A stretch of 61,595 bases of DNA, counting the filler, from Callorhinchus milii (lineage: Eukaryota): the NCBI RefSeq assembly GCF_018977255.1. It is 3 parts of 3 records of this genome, joined end to end, with 100 filler letters (N's around TTAATTAATTAA, not from the genome) between each part and the next. Parts side by side here need not be neighbours in the genome. Positions count along the whole stretch, not along the records: positions 33,394 to 61,595 come from NW_024705675.1; 2 more parts are not named here. One strand, written 5' to 3'. The notes under the pieces are model-generated. The model was not told where the DNA came from. It did not search any database and saw only the letters and a program-made list of their open reading frames with translations. How positions within the stretch are numbered: the first letter of the stretch is position 1; each line of letters starts with the position of its first letter. Shown here in pieces: positions 47,701 through 59,700 of the stretch. Both the position numbers and the translations under genes were made by a program.

Positions 47701-50700
47701 GCCGCCAGGCAGCTCCATATCGTAGCGCCGCCCGCGACTCAATACCGTCACTGCAGCCGCTATAATTTAGAGTTGCAACAACAGCGCCGCACGGTGGCTC
47801 AATACCGTCACTGCAGCCGCTATAGTGAAGCGCAGTAACAGCGCCGCCCGGCGGCTAAATATCGTTACCGCAGGAGAGATCGTGAAGCGCAGCAACAGCG
47901 CCGCCCGGTGGCTCAATACTTTCACTGCAGTCAATTTCGTGAAGCGCTGCAACAGCGCCGCCAGGCAGCTCGATAACGTAGCGCAGCATCAGCGCCGCCC
48001 TGTGGCTCAATATCGTCACTGCAGCCGCTATAATGTACGGCTGCAACAACATTACTCACGCGATAGTGAAGCGCAGCAACGGCGTCGCCCGGTGGCTCAA
48101 TAATGTCACTACAGCTGCTATAATGTAGCGCTGCAACAGCGCCGCCCGGCGACTCAATACCGTCATTGCAGACTCGAGAGTGAAGCGCAGCAACAGCGCC
48201 GTCCGGTGACTTTGTACCGTCACTGCAGCCGCTGTAGTGAAGCGCAGCCACAGCGCCTCCCGGCGACTCAATACCGTCATTTCTGACTCGATAGTGAAGA
48301 GCAGCAACAGCGCCGCCCGATGGCTCAATACCGTCACTCCAGACGCTATATTGAAGCGCAGCAACAGCGCCGCCCGGTGGCTCAATATCCTCACTGCAAC
48401 CGCAATCGTGAAGCGCAGCAGCAGCGCCGCCCGTTGGTTCAATACCGTCAATGTCGTCAATTGAGTGAAGCGCTACAGCAGCGCCGCCAGACAGCTCGAT
48501 ACCGTCATTGCAGTGGCTAAAGTAAAGCGAAGCAACAGCGCCTCCCCGCGGCTCATTACGGTCACTGCAGCCGCTATAATGTAGCGCTGAGACAACAGCG
48601 CCGCCCGGTGGCTGAATACCGTCACTGCAGCCGCTATAGTAAAGCGCAGCAACAGCGCCGCCTGCGGCTCAATAACGACACTGCAGCCGCTCTATTGTAG
48701 CGCAGGAACAGCGCCGCGCGGCGGATAAATATCTTCACTGCAGGCGCGAACGTGAAGCGCAGCAACAGCGCCGCCCGGTGGCTCAATACCGTCACTGCAG
48801 CCGCTATATTGTAGCGCATCAACAGCGCCGCCGGGTGAATGAATACCGTCACTGCAGCGAATTTAGTGAAGCGCTGCAACAGCGCCGCCCGGCGACTCGA
48901 TACCGTCATTTCAGACGCGATAATGCAGCGCAGCAACAGCGCCGCCGGATGGCTCAATACCGTCACTGCAGCCGCTATAATATAGGGTTGCAACAGCGCC
49001 GCTAGGCGGCTCGATACCGTCATTTCAGCCGCTAAAGTGAAGCGCAGAAACAGCGCAGTCCTGCGGCTCAATAACGTCACCGCCGATGCGATAGTGAAGC
49101 GCAGCAATAGCGCCTCCCGGTGGCTCAATACAGTCACTGCAGCCGCTATAATGTTGGGCTGCAACAACAACGCCGACCGGTGGTTCAATAACGACACTGC
49201 AGACGCGATAATGAAGCGCAGCAACAGCGCCGCGCGGTGGCTCAATGCCGCCACTGCTGCGGCGATAGTGAAGCGCAGCATCAGCGCCGCCCTGTGGCTG
49301 AATACCGTCAATGCAACCTCTATAATGTTGGGCTGCAACAACAACGCCGACCAGAGATTCAATAACGACACTGCAGAAGCGATAATAAAGCGCAGCAACA
49401 GCGCCGCCCGGTGGCTCAATGCCGCCATTGCAGCCACTATAGTGAAGCGCAGAAACAGCATGGCCCGGTGGCTCAATACCGTCACTGCAGTCGCTATAAT
49501 GTAGCGTAGCATCAGCGCCGCCCGATGGTTGAATACCGTCACTGCAGCCAATTTAGAGAAGCGCCGCAACAGCACCGACAGGCGGCTCAATACCGTCATT
49601 ACAGATGCGATAGTGAAGCGCACCAACAACATCGCCCAGTGGCTCAACACTGTCGCGGCAGCCGCGATCGTGAAGCGCAGCAACAGCGCCGCCCGGCGGC
49701 TCAAAACCGTCACAGACGACGCGGTCTTGAAGCGCAGCAACAGCGCCGCCCGCTGGCTCAATACCGTCACTGCAGCCGCTATAATGTAGTGCTGCAACAA
49801 CAGCGCTGCCCGAGAGCTCAATACCGTCACTGCAGCCGATAAAGTGAAGAGCGGCAACAGCGCCGCCGGTGGCTCAATACCGTCACTGCAACCGGTATAG
49901 TGAAGGGCAGCAACAGCGACGCCCGGTGGCTCAATACAGTCACCGCCGACGCGATAGTGAAGCGCAACAACAGCGCCGACCGGAGGCTCAATACCGTCAC
50001 TGCAGCCGCTATAATGTAGGGCTGCAACAACAGCGCCGACGGTTCGCACAATACCGTCACTGCAGCCGCTATAATGTAGCACTGCAACAGCGCCGCTAGG
50101 CGGCTCGATACCGTCATTGCAGCCGCTAAAGTGAAGCGCAGCAACAGCGCCGCCCGGCGGTTCAATACCGTCACTGCAGCCGCTATAATGTAGGGCTGCA
50201 ACAACAGCGCCGACGGTTGGCACAATACCGTCACTGCAGCCGCTGCATTGATGCGCAGCAACAGCGCCGCTAGGCGGCTCAATACCGTCATTGCAGCCGC
50301 TAGAGTAAAGCGCAGCAACAGCGCCGCCCGGTGATTCAATACAGTCACTGCAGTCAATTCAGTGAAGCGCTACAACAGGGCCGCCAGGCAGCTCGATACC
50401 GTCATTGCAGTGGCTAAAGTGAAGCGAAGCAACAGCGCCGACTCGCGGCTCAATACGGTCAATGCAGCCGCTATAATGTAGCGCTGCGACAACGGCGCCG
50501 CCCGGTGGCTCAATACCGTCACTGCAGCCGCTAAGGTGAAGCGCCGCAACAGCGCCGCCCGGTGGCTCAATACCGTCACTGCAGCCGCTATAGTGAAGCG
50601 CAGCAACAGCGCCGCCCGGCGGCTAAATATCCTCACTGCAGCCGCGACCGTGAAGCGCAGCAACAGCGCCGCCCGGTGGTTCAATACCGTCACTGCAGTC

Positions 50701-53700
50701 AATTGAGTGAAGCGTTACAACAGCGCCGCCAGGCAGCTCGATACCGACATGGCAGTGGCTAAAGTGAAGCGAAGCAACAGCGCCGCCGCGCGACTGAATA
50801 CCGTCACTGCAGCCGCTATAATGTAGCGCTTCGACAACAGCGCCGCCCGGTGGCACAATACCGTCACTGCAGCCGCTATAGTGAAGCGCCGCAACAGCGC
50901 CGCCCGGTGGCTCAATAACGTCACTGCAGCCGCTAAAGTCAACCGCAGCAACAGCGCCGCCCGGTTGTTCAATACCTTCAATGCAGTGAATTTAGTGAAG
51001 CGCTGCAACAGCGCGGCCAGTCATCTCGATACCGTAGCGCAGCATCAGCGCCGCCCGGTGGTTGAATACCGTCACTGCATTCACTTTGGTGAAGCGCTGC
51101 GACAGCACCGCACGGCGACGCAATACCGTCATTTCAAACGCGATAGTGAAGCGCAGCAACAGCGCCGCCGGGAGGCTCAATACCGTCACTGCAGTCGCTA
51201 TAATGTAGCGCTGCGACAGCGCCGCCCGTCGGCTCAATGTCGTCACTGCATCCGCGATCGTGAAGCGCAGCAAGAGCACGGCACGGCGGCTCAATAGCGT
51301 CACTGCAGCCGCTATAATATAGCGTTGCAAAAGCGCCGCTAGGCGGCTCGATACCCTCACTGCAGCCGCTATAATATAGCGTTGCAAAAGCGCCGCTAGG
51401 CGGCTCGATACCGTCATTGCAGACGCTAAAGTGAAGCGCAGCAACAGGGAAGCCCGGCGGCTCAATACCGTCACCGCCGACGCGATAGTGAAGCGCAACA
51501 ACAGCGCCGCCCGGTGGCTCAATACCGTCACTGCAGCCGCTATAATGTAGGGCTGCAACAACAGCGCCGACGGTTGGCACATTACCGTCACTGCAGCCGC
51601 TATAATGTACATCTGCGTCAGCGCCGCCCAGTGGTTGAATACCGTCACTGCAGCCACTTTAGTATAGCGCGGCAACAGCGCCGACAGGCGGCTCAATAGT
51701 GTCATTGCAGACGCGATAGTGAAGCGCAGCACCAGCGTCGCCCGGTGGCTCAACACTGTCACTGCAGCCGCTATAATGTAGCGCTGCAATAGCGCCGCCC
51801 GGTGGTTGAATACCGTCACTGCAGCCACTTTAGCGCAGCGCTCGATACCGTCATTGCAGCCGATAAAATAAAGCGCAGCAACAGCGACGCCCGGCGGCTC
51901 AAAACAGTCACTGCAGCCGCTATAATGTAGATCAGCATCAGCGCCGCTGGGTGGTATAATACCAGCCACTTTAGTGAAGCCCTGCGACAGCGCGGACAGG
52001 CGGCTCAATACCGTCATTGCAAACGCGATAGTGAAGCGCAGAAACAGTGTCGCCCTGTGGCTCAATACTGTCACTGCATCCGCTATAATGTAGCGCTGCG
52101 ACAGCGCCGCCCGGTGATTGAATACCGCCACCGCAGCCACTTTAGTGAAGCGCAGCAACAGCGCCGCCGGGTGGCTCAATTCCGTCACTGCGTCGGCGAT
52201 AGTGAAGCGCAGCATCAGCGCCGCCCGGTGGCTGAATACCGTCACTGCAGCAGTTATAATGTAGCGCTGCAAAAACAGCGCCGACCATTGGCTCAATACC
52301 GTCATTGCAGACGCGATACTGAAGCGCAGCAACAGCGTCGCCCGGTGGCTCAATACCGTCACTGCAGCCGCTATAAGGTAGCGCAGCATCCGCGGTGGTT
52401 GAATACCGTCATTGCAGCCACTTTAGTGAAGCGCTGCAACGGCGCCGCAAGGCAGCTCGATACCGTAGCGCAGCAACAGCGCCGCCCCGCGGCTCAATAC
52501 GGTCATTGCAGCCGCTGTAATGTAGCGCTGCAACAACAGCACCGCCCGGTGGCTCAATACCGTCACTGCTGCCGCTATAGTGAAGAGAAGCAACTGCGCT
52601 GCCCGGTGGCACCATACCGTCATTGCAGCCGCTAAAGTGAAGCGCAGCAACAGCGACGCCCGGCGGCTCAATACCGTGACCTCCGACGCGATAGTGAAGC
52701 GCAGCAACAGCGCCGCCCGTTGGCTCAATACCGTCACTGCATCCGCGATCGCGAAGCGCAGCAGCAGCGCCGCCCGGTAGTTCAATACCGTCACTGCAGT
52801 CAATTCAGTGAAGCGCTACAACAGGGCCGCCAGGCAGCTCGATACCGTCATTGCAGTGGCTAAAGTGAAACGAAGCAACAGCGCCGAACCGCGGCTCAAT
52901 ACGGTCACTGCAGCCGCTATAGTGAAGCGCAGCAACAGCGCCGACGGACGGCTAAATATCGTCACTGCAGCCGCGACCGTGAAGCGCAGCAACAGCGCCG
53001 CCCGGTGGTTCAATACCGTCACTGCAGTCAATTGAGTGAAGCGTTACAACAGCACCGCCAGGCAGCTCGATACCGACATTGCAGTGGCTAAAGTGAAGCG
53101 AAACAACAGCGCCGCCGCGCGACTGAATACCGTCACTGCAGCCGCTATAATGTAGCGCTGCGACAACAGCGCCGCCCGGTGGCACTATACCGTCACTGCA
53201 GCCGCTATAGTGAAGCTGCGCAACAGCGCCGCCCAGTGGCTCAATAACGTCACTGCAGCCGCTATAGTCAAGCGCAGCAACAGCGCCGACCGGCTGCTAA
53301 ATATCGTCACTGCAGCAGCGACAGTGAAGCGCAGCAACAGCGCCCCCCGGTTGTTCAATACCTTCACTGCAGTGAATTTAGTGAAGCGCTGCAACAGCGC
53401 GGCCAGTCATCTCGATACCGTAGCGCAGCATCAGGGCCGCCCGGTGGTTGAATACCGTCACTGCATACACTTTAGTGAAGCGCTGCAACAGCACCACACG
53501 GCGACGCAATACCGTCATTTCAGACGCGATAGTGAAGCGCAGCAACAGGGCCGCCCGGTGGATCAATACCGTCACTGCAGCCGCTATAGTGCAGCGCTGC
53601 GACAGCGCCGCCCGGCGGCTCAATATCGTCACTGCAGCCGCGATCATGAAGCACAGCAACAGCGCGGCACGGTGGCTCAATAGCGTCACTGCAGCCGCTA

Positions 53701-56700
53701 TAATGTAGCGTTGCAACAGCGCCGCTAGGCGGCTCGATACCGTCATTGCAGCCGCTAAAGTGAAGCGCAGCAACAGCGCCGACCGGCGGCTCAATACCGT
53801 CACCGCCGACGCGATAGTGAAGCGCAACAACAGCGCCGCCCGGTGGCTCAATAACGTCGCTGCAGCCGCTATAATGTAGGGCTGCAACAACATCGCCGAC
53901 GGTTGGCACAATACCGTCACTGCAGCCGCTATAATGTACATCTGCGTCAGCGCCGCCCGATGGTTGAATACCGTCACTGCAGCCACTTTAGTGTAGCGCT
54001 GCAACAGCGCCGACAGGAGGCTCAATAGTGTCATTGCAGACGCGATAGTGAAGCGCAGCAACAGCGTCGCGCGGTGGCTCAACACTGTCACTGCAGCCGC
54101 TATAATGTAGCGATGCAACAGCGCCGCCCGGTGGTTGAATACCGTCACTGCAGCCACTTTAGTGAAGCGCTGCAACAGCGCCGACAGGCGCTCGATACCG
54201 TCATTGCAGCCGCTAAAGTAAAGCGCAGCAACAGCGCCGCCCGGCGGCTCAATACTGTCACTGCAGCCGCTATAATGTAGATCAGCATCAGCGCCGCTGG
54301 GTGGTTTAATAACGTCACAGCAGCCACTTTAGTGAAGCCCTGCGACAGCGCCGACAGGCGGCTCAATACCGTCATTGCAGACCCGATAGTGAAGCGCAGC
54401 AAAAGTGTCGCCCGGTGGCTCAATACTGTCACTGCAGCCGCTATAATATAGCGCTGGGACAGCGCCGCCCGGTGATTGAATACCGTCACTGCAGCCACTT
54501 AAGTGAAGCGCAGCAACAGCACCGCCCGGTGGCTCAATACCGTCACTGCTGCTGCGATAGTGAAGCGCAGCATCAGCGCCGCCCGGTGGCTGAATACCGT
54601 CACTGCAGCCGCTATAATGTAGCGCTGCAACAACAGCGCCGACCGTTGGCTCAATACCGTCATTGCAGACGCGATAGTGAAGCGCAGCAACAGCGTCGCC
54701 CGGTGGCTCAATACCGTCACTGCAGCCGCTATAATGTAGCGCAGCATCCGCGGTGGTTGAATACCGCCATTGCAGCCACTTTAGTGAAGCGCTGCAACAG
54801 CGCCGCCAGGCAGCTCGATACCGTAGCGCAGCAACAGCGCCGCCCCGCGGCTCAATACCGTCACTGCAGCCGCTATAATGTAGCGCTACAACAACAGCGC
54901 CGCCCGGTGGCTCAATACCGTCACTGCAGCCGCTATAGTGAAAAGAAGCAACTGCGCTGCCCGGTGGCACAATACCGTCATTGCAGCCGCTAAAGTGAAG
55001 CGCAGCAACAGCGCCGCCCGGCGGCTCAATACCGTCACCGCCGACGCGATAGTGAAGCGCAGCAACAGCGCCGCCCGTTGGCTCAATATACTCACTGCAG
55101 CTGCGATCGTGAAGCGGAGCAGCAGCGCCGCCCGGTGGTTCAATACCGTCACTGCAGTCAATTCAGTGAAGCGCTACAATAGGGCCGCCAAGCAGCTCGA
55201 TACCGACATTGCAGTGGCTAAAGTGAAGCGAAACAACAGCGCCGACCCGCGGCTCAATACGGTCACTGCAGCCGCTGTAATGTAGCGCTGCGACAACGGC
55301 GCCGCCCGGTGGCTCAATACCGTCAATGCAGCCGCTACGGTGAAGCACCGCAAAAGCGCCGACCGGTGGCTCAATACCGTCACTGCAGCCGCTATAGTGA
55401 AGCGCAGCAACAGCGCCGCCCGGCGGCTAAATATCGTCACTGCAGCCGCGACCGTGAAGCGCTGTAACAGCGCCGCTCGGTGGTTCAATACCGTCAGTGC
55501 AGTCAATTGAGTGAAGCGTTACAACAGCGCCGCCAGGCAGCTCGATAACGACATTGCAGTGGCTAAAGTGAAGCGAAGCAACAGCGCCGCCGCGCGACTG
55601 AATACCGTCATTTCAGACACGATAGTGAAGAGCAGCAACAGCGCCGCCCGTTGGCTCAATACAGTCACTGCAGCCGCTGTATTGAAGAGGAGTAACAGCG
55701 CCGCCCCGTGGCTCTATACCGTCACTGCAGCCGCTATAATGTAGCGCTGCAACAACAGCACCGCCCGGTGGCTCATTACCGTCACTGCAGCCGCTACAGT
55801 GTAGAGCAGCAACTGCGCTGCCCGGTGGCACAATACCTTCACTGCAGCCGCTATAGTGAAGCGCAGAAACAGCGCCGCCCGGTGGTTCAATACCGTCACT
55901 GCAGTCAATTTGTGAAGCGCTATAACAGCTCCGCCAGGCAGCTCGATACCGTCATAGCAGCCGCTAAAGTAAAGCGCAGCAACAGCGCCGCCCGGTGGCT
56001 CAATTTCGTCACTGAAACCGCGAGCGTGAAGCGCAGCACAAGCGCCGACCGGTGGTTCAATACCGTCACGGCAGTCAATTTAGTAAAGCGCTGCAACAGC
56101 GCCGCCAGGCAGCTCGATATCGTAGCGCCGCAACAGCGCCGCACCGCGGCTCAATACCGTCACTGCAGCCTCTATAACGTAGCGCTGCAACAACAGCGCC
56201 GACCATTGGCTCAATACCGTCATTGCAGACACGAAAGTGAAGCGCAGCAACGGCGTCGCCCGGTGGCTCAATACCGTCACTGCAGCCGCTATAGTGTTGG
56301 CCTGCAACAACAGCGCCGACCAATGGTTCAATCCCGACACTGCAGCCGCGAACGTGAAGCGCAGCAACAGCGTCACCCGGTGGTTGAATACCGTAACTGC
56401 AGCCACTTTAGCGAAGCGCTGCAACAGCGCCGACAGGCGGGTCGTTACCGTCATTGCAGCCGCTAAAGTGAAGCGCAGCAACAGCGCCGCCGGCGAATCA
56501 TTACCGTTATTTCTGACTCGACAGTGAAGAGCAGCAACAGCGCCGCCCGGTGTCTCAATACCGTCACTGCATCCGCTATATTGAAGCGCAGCATCACCGC
56601 CGCCCGGCGGCTCAATAGCCTCACTGTAGCCGCGATCATGAAGCGCAGGAGCAGCGCCGCCCGGTGGTTCAATACTGTCACTGCAGTCAATTGAGTGAAG

Positions 56701-59700
56701 CGCTACAACAGCGCCGCCAGGCAGCTCGATACCGTCATTGCAGTGGCTAAAGTGAAGCGAAGCAACAGCGCCGCCCCGCGGCTCAATACGGTCACTGCAG
56801 CCGCTATAATGTAGCGCTGCGACAAGAGCGCCGCCCTGTGGCTCAATACTGTCACTGCAGCCGCTATAGTGAAGCGCAGCAACAGCGCCGCCCTGCGGCT
56901 AAATATCGTCTCTGCAGACGCGACCGTGAAGCGCAGCAACAGCGCATCCCTGTGGTTCAGAACCGTCATTGCAGTCAATTAAGTGAAGCGCTGCAACACC
57001 GCTGCCAGGCAGCTCGATACAGCAGCGCAGCATCAGCGCAGCCCGGTGGTTGAATACCGTCATTTCAGCCACTTTAGTGAAGCGCTGCAACAACGCCGAC
57101 AGGCGGCTCAATACCGTCATTGCAGACGCGACAGTGAAGCACAGCAACAGCGTCGCCCGGTGGCTCAATACTGTCACTCAGCCGCTATAATGTAGCGTAG
57201 AATCAGCGCCGCCAAGTGGTTAAATACCGTCACTGCAGCCGCTTGAATGTAGCGTTGCAACAGCGCCGCTACACGGCTCGATACCGTCATTGCAGCCGCT
57301 AAAGTGAAGCGCAGCAACAGCGCCGCCCGGCTGCTCAATACAGTCACAGCCGACGCGATAGTGAAGCGAAGCAATAGCGCCGCTCGGTGGCTCAATACCG
57401 TCACTGCTGCGGCGATAGTGAAGCGCAGGATCATCGCCGCCCGGTGGCTGAATACCGTCACTGCAGCCGCTATATTGTAGCGCTGCAATAGCAGCGCCGA
57501 CCATTGGCCCAATACCGTCATTGCAGACGCGATACTGAAGCGCAGCAACAACGTCGCCCGGTGGCTCAATACCGTCACTGCAGCCGCTATAATTTAGCGC
57601 AGCATCCGCGCCGCACGGTGGTTGAATACCGTCATTGCAGCCACTTTAGTGAAGCGCTGCAACAGCCCCGACAGGCGGCTCAATACCGTCATGGCAGACG
57701 CGATCGTGATGCGCAGCAACAGCGCGGCCCGGTGGCTCAATACCGTCACAGGATCCGCTATAATGTAGCGTTGCAACAGCGCCGCTAGGCGGCTGGATAC
57801 CGTCAACACAGCCGCTAAATTGAAGCGCAGCAACAGCGCCGCCCGGTGATTCAATACAGTCACTGCAGTCAATTGAGTGAAGCGCTACAACTGCGCCGCT
57901 AGGCAGCTCGATACCGTCATTGCAGTGGCTAAAGTGAAGCGACGCAATAGCGCCGCCCGGCGGCTCAATACCGTCACTGCAGCCGCTGTATTGAAGCGCA
58001 GCAACAGCGCCGCCCGGCGGCTTAATATCGTCACTGCAGCCGCGATCGTGAAGCGCAGCAACAGCGCCGCCCGGTGGTTGAATACCGTCACTGCAGCCAC
58101 TTTAGTGAAGCGCTGCAACAGCGCCGCCAGGCGGCTCGATACCGTCATTGCAGCCGCTAAAGTGAAGCGCAGCAACAGCGCCGCCGGCGACTCAATACCG
58201 TTATTTCTGACTCGATAGTGAAGAGCAGCAACAGCGCCGCCCGGTGGCTCAATACCGTCACTGCATCCGCTATATTGAAGCGCAGCATCACCGCCGCCCG
58301 GCGGCTCAATAGCCTCACTGCAGCCGCGATCGTGAAGCGCAGCAACAGCGCCGCCCGGTGGTTCAATACCGTCACTGCAGTCAATTTAGTGAAGCGCTAC
58401 AACAGCGCCGCCAGGCAGCTCGATACCGTCATTGCAGCGGCTAAAGTGAAGCGAAGCAACAGCGCCGCCCCGCGGCTCAATACGGTCACTGCAGCCGCTA
58501 TAATGTAGCGCTGCGACAACAGCGCCGCCCTGTGGCTCAATACTGTCACTGCAGCCGCTATAGTGAAGCGCAGCAACAGCGCCGCCCTGCGGCTAAATAT
58601 CGTCTCTGCAGACGCGACCGTGAAGCGCAGCAACAGCGCATCCCTGTGGTTCAGAACCGTCATTGCAGTCAATTAAGTGAAGCGCTGCAACACCGCTGCC
58701 AGGCAGCTCGATACAGCAGCGCAGCATCAGCGCAGCCCGGTGGTTGAATACCGTCATTTCAGCCACTTTAGTGAAGCGCTGCAACAACGCCGACAGGCGG
58801 CTCAATACCGTCATTGCAGACGCGACAGTGAAGCACAGCAACAGCGTCGCCCGGTGGCTCAATACTGTCACTCAGCCGCTATAATGTAGCGTAGAATCAG
58901 CGCCGCCAAGTGGTTAAATACCGTCACTGCAGCCGCTTGAATGTAGCGTTGCAACAGCGCCGCTACACGGCTCGATACCGTCATTGCAGCCGCTAAAGTG
59001 AAGCGCAGCAACAGCGCCGCCCGGCTGCTCAATACAGTCACGCCTACGAAATAGTGAAGCGCAGCAATAGCGCGCCGGTGGCTCAATACCGTCACTGCCG
59101 ACGCGATAGTGAAGCGAAGCAACAGCGCCGCTCGGTGGCTCAATACCGTCACTGCTGCGGCGATAGTGAAGCGCAGGATCATCGCCGCCCGGTGGCTGAA
59201 TACCGTCACTGCAGCCGCTATATTGTAGCGCTGCAACAGCAGCGCCGACCATTGGCCCAATACCGTCATTGCAGACGCGATACTGAAGCGCAGCAACAAC
59301 GTCGCCCGGTGGCTCAATACCGTCACTGCAGCCGCTATAATTTAGCGCAGCATCCGCGCCGCACGGTGGTTGAATACCGTCATTGCAGCCACTTTAGTGA
59401 AGCGCTGCAACAGCCCCGACAGGCGGCTCAATACCGTCATGGCAGACGCGATCGTGATGCGCAGCAACAGCGCGGCCCGGTGGCTCAATACCGTCACAGG
59501 ATCCGCTATAATGTAGCGTTGCAACAGCGCCGCTAGGCGGCTGGATACCGTCAACACAGCCGCTAAATTGAAGCGCAGCAACAGCGCCGCCCGGTGATTC
59601 AATACAGTCACTGCAGTCAATTGAGTGAAGCGCTACAACTGCGCCGCTAGGCAGCTCGATACCGTCATTGCAGTGGCTAAAGTGAAGCGACGCAATAGCG